Below are positions 11,071 to 20,476 of a stretch of 64,000 nt of DNA, one piece after another. This DNA is from Geopsychrobacteraceae bacterium (GTDB taxonomy: Bacteria; Desulfobacterota; Desulfuromonadia; Desulfuromonadales; Geopsychrobacteraceae). The DNA lies in contig OY759353.1 of assembly GCA_963662315.1 (NCBI GenBank), positions 3,520,001 through 3,584,000 of the forward strand, read 5' to 3'. A program made the translations under genes and the position numbers. The notes below the pieces were generated by a model that was not told the DNA's origin, did no database searches, and worked only from the letters and a program-made list of their open reading frames with translations. Numbering within the stretch: the stretch's first letter is position 1; every line of letters begins with the position of its first letter.

Positions 11071-11107
11071 AAAGCTCCGGACTCATGCAGTTCGGAGCTT
11101 TTTATTT
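11071..11107. terminator. intrinsic terminator between the convergent sfrA and mltG genes
   Basis: AAAGCTCCGGAC...GTTCGGAGCTTT hairpin followed by a T-tract. Confidence 0.75.
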
Positions 11108-11108
11108 A

Positions 11109-12113
11109 CTACTTTGACCGGCGGTGAAGCTGATAGCGGCGCACTGCTTCATTGTGCTGTTGCAACGTCTCTGAAAATTGATGGCTTCCGTCTCCACGGG
11201 CGACAAAATAGAGAAATTTGGTCCGTTCCGGATGGGCTGCTGCCCGTAATGCCGTTAAGCCGGGACTGGCTATGGGGCCGGGAGGTAAGCCACGATTGAG
11301 GTAGGTGTTGTAAGGACCGGGAGTTTTCAAGTGCTTACGGGTCAGGTTGCCGTCAAAATCAGCAATTCCGTAGATAACCGTCGGATCGGTCTGCAGTGGT
11401 ATCCGGCGTTTAAGGCGATTGTGAAAGACGGATGAAATCAGGGGCATCTCACTTTGCTGTCCGGTCTCTTTTTCGATAATCGAGGCCAGTGTTACCAGCT
11501 GATGTGTCGTTAAACCGAGTTTTTTTGCGGATTGAAGCAGGTCCCGATCCAGATTCTGCCACAACTGGTTAACCATCATGGTCAGCAGGTTTTTTTCATC
11601 AATGCCAGGAACAAAGGAGTATGTTTCCGGAAACAGGTAACCCTCCAGACTATCGGCATCAATGTTGAGATCTTTAAGAAGGGTGGAATCGTGTGCTAAG
11701 GCAGTTAATCTCTGTGGGTCACCAAGCCCTGCTTGAGCAATCCGGTCAATGATCTGCCTGAGGGTAAAACCTTCCGGGATCGTCAAGCTGACTTTTTCCA
11801 CGTCTCCAGCAACAAGCCGAGCCATAATCTGTTGTGGCAGCGCTGCATGTGAAAACTTATAGGTTCCGGCCTGGATCTGCCCCCCCTGCTGATCAAGGCG
11901 AGCGAGAATCCGCAGACTCAACTGATTTCTGATAACACGAGAATCCTCTAACTGAAGGGCGACCATGCGCAGGTTGCTACCATTTTTAATGGTCAGGATA
12001 ACCGTTGTTTCCGGAGTCACCGGAACCATAAAGTTCAGGTAAGCAACATAGCCTAAAATAGTGCAGCTGCTGAAGACCAGCGCGACAAAAACAATAAGAA
12101 GCCGACGCATCAT
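11109..12113 (-). CDS. mltG: endolytic transglycosylase MltG
   Basis: TIPEG, LEGYLFPETY, LASIIEKE, LQTDPT, SPYNTY-like GPYNTY and GLPPGPI motifs. Confidence 0.95.
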   Translation of the reverse strand: MMRRLLIVFVALVFSSCTILGYVAYLNFMVPVTPETTVILTIKNGSNLRMVALQLEDSRVIRNQLSLRILARLDQQGGQIQAGTYKFSHAALPQQIMARLVAGDVEKVSLTIPEGFTLRQIIDRIAQAGLGDPQRLTALAHDSTLLKDLNIDADSLEGYLFPETYSFVPGIDEKNLLTMMVNQLWQNLDRDLLQSAKKLGLTTHQLVTLASIIEKETGQQSEMPLISSVFHNRLKRRIPLQTDPTVIYGIADFDGNLTRKHLKTPGPYNTYLNRGLPPGPIASPGLTALRAAAHPERTKFLYFVARGDGSHQFSETLQQHNEAVRRYQLHRRSK

Positions 12114-12700
12114 TACAGGTTGAATTTGTTTTCAGTACCGGCCCGCAAGCGTTCGATATTGCTGCTGTGCCTCCAGATAACCAAGAGCGCGATAAGGAGC
12201 GTGGCGCCAAACAATGACAGAGATTGAGAAATGGCGAGAACCAGAAAGGGAATGATTGCCGCTGCAGAAATAGATGCAAGAGAGATATAGCGCCACTTCC
12301 AAAGCACCGTAATAAAGACCAATAAGGCGCCCAGTATTGACAAGGGTGACAGCACAAGAAAAATGCCAAGTGCTGTTGCTACACCTTTGCCGCCTTTAAA
12401 GCCAAGATAAACCGGAAAACAGTGGCCGATAAATGCGGCAATGGCGATCAGGGCAAGGCTGGGCCCGCTGATATGAAACAGTTGCTGAGCAATAACCAGC
12501 GGAATGACCCCTTTAAGACAGTCCCCGAGCAGCGTGATCAGGCCAAGTTTGCGGCCTGCGACACGGTAGACATTGGTGGCTCCGATATTCCCGCTGCCGA
12601 CTTTGCGGATATCCTCTCCTCCAAACAAGCGGGTTAGGAGCAGTCCGGTAGGAATTGCCCCGATAAGGTAAGAGGCACAGATCAGGATATAAAGAGTCAT
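12113..12700 (-). CDS. plsY: glycerol-3-phosphate acyltransferase PlsY
   Basis: GSGNIGATN, GHCFPV, FKGGKGVAT and RHSSNI motifs. Confidence 0.96.
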   Translation of the reverse strand: MTLYILICASYLIGAIPTGLLLTRLFGGEDIRKVGSGNIGATNVYRVAGRKLGLITLLGDCLKGVIPLVIAQQLFHISGPSLALIAIAAFIGHCFPVYLGFKGGKGVATALGIFLVLSPLSILGALLVFITVLWKWRYISLASISAAAIIPFLVLAISQSLSLFGATLLIALLVIWRHSSNIERLRAGTENKFNL

Positions 12701-12729
12701 GCTTGGCTCCAGAGGGTAAATGATTAGAA

Positions 12730-13131
12730 TTACTGTTGAGATTGCTCAGAATTGGCGGATTTTGCTGCCATTGCCTTACGATATTCGTTAATCGCGCCCC
12801 TTATGGCCCCTGCAGCCATATTGGAACAGTGCATTTTCTCCGGAGGGAGACCGCCCAGAGCATCAGCAATGGATTGTTCGGTGATCAGGACAGCTGAATC
12901 GAGGTGCTGTCCCATGGTCATTTCCGTTGCAATTGATGAGGTGGCAATGGCTGCGCCACAACCATAAACCTTGAATTTGATATCAACAATATGATCGTTC
13001 AAAATCTTTAAGGTGAGCAACAGGGCATCGCCACAGCTCGGCTCACCGACCTGAACCAGTACTGTGGGATCATCAATAATGCCGATATTGCGTGGATTCT
13101 GAAAGTGTTCAAGGACTTTATCGGTATACAA
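12730..13131 (-). CDS. Fe-S cluster scaffold, IscU/NifU-N family
   Basis: YTDKVLEHFQNPRN, SCGD, GCGAAIA and KMHCS supply the three conserved Cys. Confidence 0.9.
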   Translation of the reverse strand: MYTDKVLEHFQNPRNIGIIDDPTVLVQVGEPSCGDALLLTLKILNDHIVDIKFKVYGCGAAIATSSIATEMTMGQHLDSAVLITEQSIADALGGLPPEKMHCSNMAAGAIRGAINEYRKAMAAKSANSEQSQQ

Positions 13132-13258
13132 ATCAAACCTTCTTTGCGCATTAAAGCAGAAATGGATATTTGATTAACAACGCAGTTTAACGTTTACCGT
13201 ATGGTGAGGGCAAATAGAAATTTTTACTTATGCTGGAATGGTGAAATTGGATGGAACG

Positions 13259-13289
13259 GGGGGGCAGACATCTGTGGAGTCTGCTCCCC
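13259..13289 (-). terminator. GC-rich hairpin after the small ORF; possible terminator
   Basis: GGGGGGCAGAC...GTCTGCTCCCC stem, but the U-tract is weak. Confidence 0.45.
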
Positions 13290-13304
13290 TCACAGTGACT
13301 TTGT

Positions 13305-13469
13305 TTAATTTTGTGCTCCCCAGCGTGAAATCAGATGAAAGCGGTCCTGGTTGCTTAAGCCACGAGCGTTGATAATACGTGATTCATCTTCCCAGGTGGT
13401 TGCCCTGGTATCACCAAATAAAATGATGGGGGCAATAATAAGAAATATTATAAAAAACATGATGGCCAT
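13305..13469 (-). CDS. small 54-aa single-TM protein (not in the ORF track)
   Basis: AGGAGG 5 nt before the ATG; MAIMFFIIFLIIAPIILFGDTRATTWEDESRIINARGLSNQDRFHLISRWGAQN*; hairpin after the stop; divergent from a LysR gene. Confidence 0.65.
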   Translation of the reverse strand: MAIMFFIIFLIIAPIILFGDTRATTWEDESRIINARGLSNQDRFHLISRWGAQN

Positions 13470-13576
13470 ATGCGCCTCCTTCAATTGCTATCCATAGCTA
13501 ACTACTGTTTGAAGTTTAGAGAGGGATTGTGTATAAGTAAAATTATTCTTAATTACGTATAGGATAGGTTTTGCTT

Positions 13577-14533
13577 ATGCTTCCTGATCTTAACCGCCTT
13601 AAGGTTTTTTTCTACATTTTTCGCAGTGGCAGTGTTGTTACTGCAGCACGTGATCTGAATCTGACTCAACCGGCTGTCAGTCAGCAACTTCAGAAGCTTG
13701 AGGCAGAATTGCGTGTTCCCCTGTTTACGCGGTTGCACAAAAAGCTGGTACCAACAGCGGCGGGGATTAAGTTGTTTCAGCTAGCCGAACCGTTTATGCA
13801 GCGCCTGGAGCAGGAAATCCCTTACCTCAGGCATCCCCTTGAGCGCCCGAGTGGACTGCTGCGGATAGGTGCTCCTCGTGAGTTTGGTAAAGAATATCTG
13901 CCGCGCTTTTGCCATCAGTTTCGCCAGCTCTACCCTGATGTCCAGTTTCGTCTTAAATTCAAAGAATCGATTCCTCTGTTAACCATGATTCGGGAAGGTG
14001 ATCTCGATTTTGCCCTCGTTGATGTTTACTTCAATAAGGGTGAACTTCCGGGCTTTCCTGATATTTTCAGTATGGATCCCCTGTTGAAGGAGGTCATGAT
14101 ATTGACCTGCTCAAAAGAGTATGCGCAGCAGTATGTCCAGGGAGATCATAGTTATGCCGCCCTGCTGCAGCGCGAATTTATTACCGATGAGGATGATCCT
14201 TCCATCCTTGATCACTGGTTTCGTCACCACTTCAACAAGATTCCGGAACATCTGAATATCGTCATGACTCTTGACAGCCACGAGGCGCTGATCTCGGGAT
14301 TGAAACTGGGGATGGGCCTTGGGGTGGCGACGGCCCATCTGATTTGGGAAGAGCTTTTAAGTGGTAAACTCGTGCGGATTCCGACTGCTACCGAGGAGAT
14401 GGTGAACATGATTTCTTTGGTGCAATTGCAGGATAAAGTCCCGACCCTGACAGAGAAAACCTTCCGTGATTTTATGTTGGACGCAATGCAGGATCGTAAA
14501 ATACTGGAGCGGTTTCAGGCGGCAAATTTATAA
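13577..14533 (+). CDS. LysR-family transcriptional regulator
   Basis: N-terminal HTH (GSVVTAARDLNLTQPAVSQQLQKLE...LFTR) plus a substrate-binding domain. Confidence 0.93.
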   Translation: MLPDLNRLKVFFYIFRSGSVVTAARDLNLTQPAVSQQLQKLEAELRVPLFTRLHKKLVPTAAGIKLFQLAEPFMQRLEQEIPYLRHPLERPSGLLRIGAPREFGKEYLPRFCHQFRQLYPDVQFRLKFKESIPLLTMIREGDLDFALVDVYFNKGELPGFPDIFSMDPLLKEVMILTCSKEYAQQYVQGDHSYAALLQREFITDEDDPSILDHWFRHHFNKIPEHLNIVMTLDSHEALISGLKLGMGLGVATAHLIWEELLSGKLVRIPTATEEMVNMISLVQLQDKVPTLTEKTFRDFMLDAMQDRKILERFQAANL

Positions 14534-14590
14534 ATCAATTTCCATCTGCAACAGACACCATTTATCTCCGGAAATTCAGATACCGTTGGT

Positions 14591-15109
14591 TCATACATAA
14601 CCGGTGTTCTTGAGTGCGGCAGAAAAAGCAGAGTACACATGCGGGTCAAGACAGGCGAAGATAACTTCTTCAGGAGTCTGATGCTTATCCAGAAAAGAAC
14701 AGACTTCTGCAATGGCTATCTTGGCGGCCTGTTCAAGGGGAAAGCGATAAACGCCACAGCTGATGGCCGAAAAGGCAATGGTTTTAAGGTTATGCCGGGC
14801 TGCGATTCCGAGGGACTGGCGATAGCAGGATGCCAGTAATTCAGTTTCCTGGTGGTGACCATCTTGCCAGACAGGACCAACGGCATGGATGACGTATTGC
14901 GCGGGTAAGTGGTAGCCCGCTGTTAATTTAGCGGAACCCGTTGGGCAGCCTCCAAGTTGCAGGCATTCTTTAAGCAGTTCAGGACCGGCAGCGCGATGAA
15001 TCGCGCCATCGACTCCACCGCCGCCAGCAAGCGTTTGGTTTGCTGCATTAACAATTGCATCAACAGTTAATGTGGTAATGTCTGCGATAACAACCCTGAT
15101 TTGTGACAT
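14591..15109 (-). CDS. macro-domain O-acetyl-ADP-ribose deacetylase (YmdB-like)
   Basis: DAIVNAAN, GGGGVDGAIHRAAG, VIHAVGP and AISCGVY motifs. Confidence 0.93.
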   Translation of the reverse strand: MSQIRVVIADITTLTVDAIVNAANQTLAGGGGVDGAIHRAAGPELLKECLQLGGCPTGSAKLTAGYHLPAQYVIHAVGPVWQDGHHQETELLASCYRQSLGIAARHNLKTIAFSAISCGVYRFPLEQAAKIAIAEVCSFLDKHQTPEEVIFACLDPHVYSAFSAALKNTGYV

Positions 15110-15173
15110 GTGATCCTCCGTAATGTATCTAAACCATAGCAGAGGATGAATCCTATGACCAATCTTCGAAGAG

Positions 15174-15206
15174 AAAAAGCAGCCCGCTGAAGGACAGCGG
15201 GCTGCT
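15174..15206 (-). terminator. intrinsic terminator
   Basis: 12-bp stem AGCAGCCCGCTG/CAGCGGGCTGCT with an A-tract on the plus strand. Confidence 0.8.
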
Positions 15207-15225
15207 AAGATGAAATGATACGTGG

Positions 15226-16487
15226 TTACAGGTAACGCAGATTTTTGCTGGCATAGCCTCTGAGTTTGCGATTCTTTGCCTGGTCAGCAACGGTTTCCAG
15301 GGCGCTACGATATTTATTGTTACCTGATTTGCCCAGTGTTTTACACAACCAGGCCATGGCATCCATGTGGTCTCTGTCTCTGATATCTTCATTATACTTC
15401 TCAAGTAATACCTGAGCGGCAAGATCTGTCAGGTAAGCATTGTCGAGATGATGATAGTAGACAGATTTCGCCCCGTTGCGCAAATCGAGAGAGGAATCAG
15501 ACTGCAGCAATTTCGCACAGTTTTTTTGGTCGGCAGACAGATTTGAAGGAACCTTGATGGGTTGGTTCTTTGCAACCGGTGCAGGAGGAGGTGTTGTAGC
15601 CTGGGCGCCAGAAACTGCCGGAGCAGGTTCCGGTACTGCAACAGCAACTACAGCGGGCTGGTCAGATTCCAGGGCGACCTGCATGGTTCTGACTTCCCCC
15701 TTAGCGAGGGTAATCCATTCGGTATGGGACTTATAACCTGAGGCTGAAACATCAATGTTGTAACGTCCCGGCTCAAGGACAATGCCCTGCTCAAAAGCGG
15801 GTTTGATGTTCATGATCCTGATCTTGGCATCCGCTGGTTGAGCCGCTACGAACAGCTTGGTTTGTAAGACGACCGGTTCGGCTTCAACCTGTTTGGTAAC
15901 GTTGGTGTCCGCAGTTGACACAGGCGCAGGAGGAGCCGTTGTGGCGGTTGCTGGTGCTGTCGCGGCTTCCGGGGGGCTCTCTGCTTCAGGCGCCGCCTTC
16001 GCTGCCTCAGAAGATCCCGCTGCTGTTAATACTCTTGAATCCTGAGCAAATCCGGGGTTGATCAGGTAGCAGGTTGACATGTAATTCATTGCTTCATTGG
16101 CGTCAGCTTGTTGGTAAAAACCGATATGACCGACTTCCATTCTCATCCAGACAAAGTAGGTTTTCCCCGCTTCAACATCAAGCTCACCAGGAGTTGTCCC
16201 ATAGATGCCAAACAATTTGGGGGTAAAGGTATAGTGGCCGGGATCAACGGCGATGGGAAAATAGCTCAAATCCGGAAAGGTGCTGACAATAACATCATCA
16301 TTCATTTTGACCCGGGCATTTGATCTGATGTCAAAGCAAATCTGACCCGGTAGACATAGATGATGGCCTTGCCGTCAACCGCGGGGACTGGCTTGGTAAA
16401 CTTGGGGCCTGGGAGGGAGCAGCCAGCCAGGAATGCAAGGCAAAGGAGCAGAGCTATTAGAATAATTGATCTGATACGATGTAACAT
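15226..16487 (-). pseudogene. DUF2846-like lipoprotein with Pro/Ala linkers, a PEGA-like domain and a helical C-terminus, split by a 1-nt frameshift near 16311
   Basis: ORF 16302-16487 has a lipobox (LAGC) and GKAIIYVYR; ORF 15226-16305 continues with PGHYTF...LDVEAGKTYFV. One extra G joins them as MPGVKMNDDVIV. Confidence 0.65.
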
Positions 16488-16587
16488 CTTTCCGAGCCTC
16501 CTTTTTTTGAGTTTAATATTAGAGGTGGATAATGTTACGTTGCTTAAGCCCCTTCGTCAATATTATTATAAGCTATTGTTAATAAAA

Positions 16588-16863
16588 TTACTTATCACGA
16601 ATAATGAAACCCAAATTGCCAATCATGACCTTCTCGTTCTTATCGCCAAGCCACAGTCTTACTGAGCGCTCACCCACCATCTCAAAGCGCATCCGATTAT
16701 CTTCTATGGTCGCAACTTTGGTTCCTGCTTCGGTAAAGACCTCTACAACGCGATGGGTTCCGATGGTGTCTGCTTTCAAGTCGTAGGCTTTTTGCTGAGT
16801 GCTTTCGCAGCCGCTAAGCAATAACAGACCTGATAACAGAGGAAATATCATCCATTTATACAT
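16588..16863 (-). CDS. small hypothetical lipoprotein (91 aa)
   Basis: MYKWMIFPLLSGLLLLSGC lipobox; start set at ATG 16863. Confidence 0.7.
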   Translation of the reverse strand: MYKWMIFPLLSGLLLLSGCESTQQKAYDLKADTIGTHRVVEVFTEAGTKVATIEDNRMRFEMVGERSVRLWLGDKNEKVMIGNLGFIIRDK

Positions 16864-17040
16864 GAGACAACCTTTCGGAAAGAGAAATAAGAACCGCAAG
16901 GTAACACGTTGATAAGACATTGTCAGGTTGTCTTTTGGAGGAAGGTCGGAATACGAGCTACTCCCGAAGCCAGAACCTGACAACTGCAGTATAAGGTTTT
17001 GTTGATGATGGTTAAGTGAAGCACGAACCAAGGTATTTGG

Positions 17041-18288
17041 CTAATGTATGACGATACGGTTGCGCCCGGCGTCTTTTGCCTGATAAAGAAGTTCATCAGC
17101 ACAGGAGACCGTTTTATCCAGGGAGTCCTGAATAGTTCGGATGATGCCAATAGAGACTGTAAGTTCAACCTTTTGTTGCTTTTCAATGAGCCCAAGCTGG
17201 GATATTTTCTGACGCAGTTGCTCAAAGTGTGAAAGGAGTTTTTCCTGATCCATATTACTGGTGATAACGACAAATTCTTCTCCTCCGAGGCGGGCAACAA
17301 TATCTGAAGAGCGGAAGCTCTTTAAAAGACATTGTGCGACCTTTTGAAGAACAAAGTCGCCATAGGCGTGACCGAAAGAATCGTTGATCTGCTTAAAGTG
17401 ATCGATATCGATCATGGCAACGGATAATGAAAGGTTACCGCGCTTGGCATTGGCAAAAAGGGGGTCACCAACCTGGAAAAAGTAGCGCCGGTTATACAAC
17501 CCGGTTAAGGGATCTTTTATCGCGGCATCCCGCAACAATTCGAGCTGGATGATCATTTCAACATTTTGATGAACCCGCCAGACCAGCTCTTCTTCAAAGT
17601 AGGGCTTGTTGATAAAATCATTTGCTCCCCGTTTGAGAAACTGAGCCGAAAGCAGTGGATTGCCATGGGCAGACATGCCAATGATGGCGATTCTGTCCAT
17701 GGGAAAATGCTTGCGGATTTCAGCAGTCAATTGAAAGCCATCCATCTTTGGCATGTTGTAGTCAGTAATGATTAACCGGATATCCGGGTGTTTCCTTAAT
17801 AGCTTCAGAGCATTAAGACCATCATCTGCAGTGATAACCCTGAACTTCTGATTTTCCAGAATGGCTTTAGTACTGTCGCGGACCAACTGGGAATCTTCGA
17901 CAATCAGAATCTCAATATCCCGGTTACGTAGAAACCGGCTGATTGTGCTGGACAGCAGATCAAGGGTGTGAGGCCCTTTCATAATATAGTCAAGAACATG
18001 TTTCTCCAGGATTTTGTCGCGAATCAGTGAATCCATTCTGCCACTGACAACAACGACTGGAATCCCATAGCTTTTGACCAGGTCCACAATTTCCCCATCT
18101 GGTGAGCCAGGTAAGGTTAAATCCAGAATAGCGAGCAGGTAGCGATGTTGGTTTTCCTGGGCAAAAAGATCAACAGTCTCCTGATAGCTGGCGCAGGTAT
18201 CGCAACTAAGGCCAAACTCTTTCGTCACACGTGTTTTTAATAAGCTGACAAACATTTTGCTGTCTTCAACTATCAGGATTCTAGACAT
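17041..18288 (-). CDS. REC-REC-GGDEF diguanylate cyclase
   Basis: Two receiver domains; DPLTGLYNRR, DIDHFKQIND, RxxD I-site (RSSD) and GGEEF. Confidence 0.93.
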   Translation of the reverse strand: MSRILIVEDSKMFVSLLKTRVTKEFGLSCDTCASYQETVDLFAQENQHRYLLAILDLTLPGSPDGEIVDLVKSYGIPVVVVSGRMDSLIRDKILEKHVLDYIMKGPHTLDLLSSTISRFLRNRDIEILIVEDSQLVRDSTKAILENQKFRVITADDGLNALKLLRKHPDIRLIITDYNMPKMDGFQLTAEIRKHFPMDRIAIIGMSAHGNPLLSAQFLKRGANDFINKPYFEEELVWRVHQNVEMIIQLELLRDAAIKDPLTGLYNRRYFFQVGDPLFANAKRGNLSLSVAMIDIDHFKQINDSFGHAYGDFVLQKVAQCLLKSFRSSDIVARLGGEEFVVITSNMDQEKLLSHFEQLRQKISQLGLIEKQQKVELTVSIGIIRTIQDSLDKTVSCADELLYQAKDAGRNRIVIH

Positions 18289-18529
18289 GGTTTTTCCTAC
18301 CAAAGAGAAGTGGATTGTTTGAGCTTGATAATAAAGTAAAATTAATAATTGAGCAATATAATTTAAGCCCTCCCTAATTATGGATAATGGATATTCAGGC
18401 GGGCATATTTGAAGACCTCTTCAAAAAAAAGTCAAAAACAATGATATCGTTAGCAATTCAGACTGGTTAGGCGATATTTCCAGATTTAATGAAATTTTTA
18501 AGCTGCTGAAGTAAATAAAAATAACACTA

Positions 18530-18576
18530 AATCAGTAGCTTGGGGGATGATTTGTTTGCGTTGGCATAGTGGATGC
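18530..18576 (+). promoter_or_regulatory. IHF-like site plus sigma-54 promoter
   Basis: AATCAGTAGCTTG (18530-18542) fits WATCARnnnnTTR. TGGCATAGTGGATGC has GG-N10-GC spacing (18563-18576), about 40 nt before the ATG. Confidence 0.6.
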
Positions 18577-18617
18577 GGTATCGTTATTGACAACTGTCAT
18601 AACGGTAGGAGACAACT

Positions 18618-19001
18618 ATGGTTGCGAGAACCGCTTTGATTCTAGATGATGACGATGATTATCGACAGCTTCTTGAAGAGTTTTTAGCCGATTACGACTA
18701 CGCTGTCAGTGCCTACGAATCTCCACTCTCATTTATCAATGGCTCAATTCACTGCCAGAGCTCAACGCCGTGTTTTGATATTATTATCACCGATAATCAG
18801 ATGCCGGGAATGGATGGTATCGATTTTCTGGCTATGCTCAAGGAGGTTTCCTGCAAGGTTCCGGATGGGCGCAAGGTACTAATCTCTGGCTTTCTGACAG
18901 AAGAGGTTAGGCGTAAAGCAGCCGAACTTGGCAGTCGATCCTTTAAAAAACAGACCGCGATGACCGATTTGACGGCATGGCTGGAAGCGTTACCTGTTTG
19001 A
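18618..19001 (+). CDS. stand-alone response regulator receiver protein
   Basis: LILDDD, TDNQMPGMDG, ISG and conserved K; AGGAG RBS. Confidence 0.88.
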   Translation: MVARTALILDDDDDYRQLLEEFLADYDYAVSAYESPLSFINGSIHCQSSTPCFDIIITDNQMPGMDGIDFLAMLKEVSCKVPDGRKVLISGFLTEEVRRKAAELGSRSFKKQTAMTDLTAWLEALPV

Positions 19002-19062
19002 GGCACTTTGTTGAGACGTTCCTTCCAGAAATAGCTGGGATCTGACCTATTATATCTGGTAG

Positions 19063-19102
19063 AGATAAAGGGCTCTCCTTTTCCAAGGAGGGCCCTTTAT
19101 CT
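19063..19102. terminator. bidirectional terminator between convergent genes
   Basis: AGATAAAGGGCTCTCCTT/AAGGAGGGCCCTTTATCT stem. Confidence 0.75.
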
Positions 19103-19111
19103 TGGTTATTC

Positions 19112-20314
19112 TTAGGCCAGTGTTTTAAGCATATTGCGACGGGCGATGGTTAAGCGTTCCGAAAGATCCGGCCCTTCCATATCACGTTCGACTGCCGTCA
19201 GAACTTCAGGAATTGCGATGTTTTGCGGACACTTTTCGATGCATTGACCACATTGAACGCACTGGGACGCGTACCCTGCAACGCCACCGGTTAGATCTCC
19301 CCCCATTCTGAAGGCATAACCCATTTTCGCAATTTCCGATTTAAACATATGCAGGTTATTAAACATTTCAAAGCAGATGGGAATATTAACGTTGGCCGGA
19401 CATGGCATGCAGTAACCGCATCCGGTACAGTTGACCTTCATCAGAGAGCGGTAAGTCTCTGCCGCTGCGGCAACCAGGGCCTTTTCATGCTCAGTCAGCA
19501 TGCCTGGAGTGGCCGCAGTGGCTAGCGCGATATTTTCATCTATATGAGCTTCCTCATTCATACCGCTGAGGATGCAGGTCACCTCAGGGTGATGCCATAG
19601 CCAAAGCAGAGCCCAGGCTACCGGAGTCCTCGGGGTCGGAGCTTGATTCCATATCGCCGCTACTTCGGGCGGTGCAACGGGCCGGCCCAGGCTGCCGCCG
19701 CGTAACGGTTCCATCACGATGACTGCCAGGCCTTCACCGGCCGCGTATTCCAAACCTGCTTTGCCCGCCTGATAGTCTTCATCGAGGTAATTATATTGAA
19801 TCTGGCAAAAATCCCAGGGATAGGCATCGACGATACGGTTAAAGTCTTCGGGAAGACCATGAAAGGAAAATCCGGCATTAATAATCCGGCCATCAGCTTT
19901 TGCCTGGTCAAGAAATTCATGAATTCCCAGCTTGACCATGGTATCCCAGACCGGACCTGTCAGGGTGTGGACCAGGTAATAATCAATCATGTCCGTTTGC
20001 AACTTTTGTAACTGGGCATTCAGGTAGCCATCCATATCCTCTCTGGTTTTCACCAGGAAAGACGGAAGCTTTGTGGCAAGTTTAACGCGTTGTCGATAGC
20101 CTTCCTGTAAGGCACGGCCGACCAGCGGTTCGCTTTCTCCAGCGTGATAAGGCCAAGCGGTATCAACATAGTTGATGCCGCGATCTATTGCAGTGCGGAT
20201 TTGCTTGATGGCCCTTTGTTCATCTATATGACCATCCTTGGTTGGCAAACGCATGCAGCCGAAACCAAGAATTGACAGGTCGTCGCCGTTTTTAGGAACT
20301 TTGCGGTATTGCAT
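19112..20314 (-). CDS. aldo/keto reductase with a C-terminal 4Fe-4S dicluster
   Basis: LGFGCMRLP, YVDTAWPY, GFSFH, MEPLRGG, CTGCGYCMPCP and CVQCGQCIEKCP motifs. Confidence 0.92.
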   Translation of the reverse strand: MQYRKVPKNGDDLSILGFGCMRLPTKDGHIDEQRAIKQIRTAIDRGINYVDTAWPYHAGESEPLVGRALQEGYRQRVKLATKLPSFLVKTREDMDGYLNAQLQKLQTDMIDYYLVHTLTGPVWDTMVKLGIHEFLDQAKADGRIINAGFSFHGLPEDFNRIVDAYPWDFCQIQYNYLDEDYQAGKAGLEYAAGEGLAVIVMEPLRGGSLGRPVAPPEVAAIWNQAPTPRTPVAWALLWLWHHPEVTCILSGMNEEAHIDENIALATAATPGMLTEHEKALVAAAAETYRSLMKVNCTGCGYCMPCPANVNIPICFEMFNNLHMFKSEIAKMGYAFRMGGDLTGGVAGYASQCVQCGQCIEKCPQNIAIPEVLTAVERDMEGPDLSERLTIARRNMLKTLA

Positions 20315-20476
20315 AAGGGGACTCCTTTTGTGCTGACAATGCAGCTTGTAACTGCTGGACTCTGTTGGGCAGAGGTAAGAGTATCAGCCGTATGGACCGG
20401 CTGAATCTTAGTAAGGTTTGCCATAGATGGCAAATGAATTGGCCGGTCTACTCATCAGCTCTTTGCAAATGGAAGT

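Noticed and set aside
20340..20460. Two hairpins (TCAGCCG/CGGCTGA and TTTGCCAT/ATGGCAAA) upstream of the aldo/keto reductase, as a possible riboswitch
   Set aside because: The conserved cores of c-di-GMP, SAM or fluoride riboswitches are not present in the right order. A terminator or operator is more likely.
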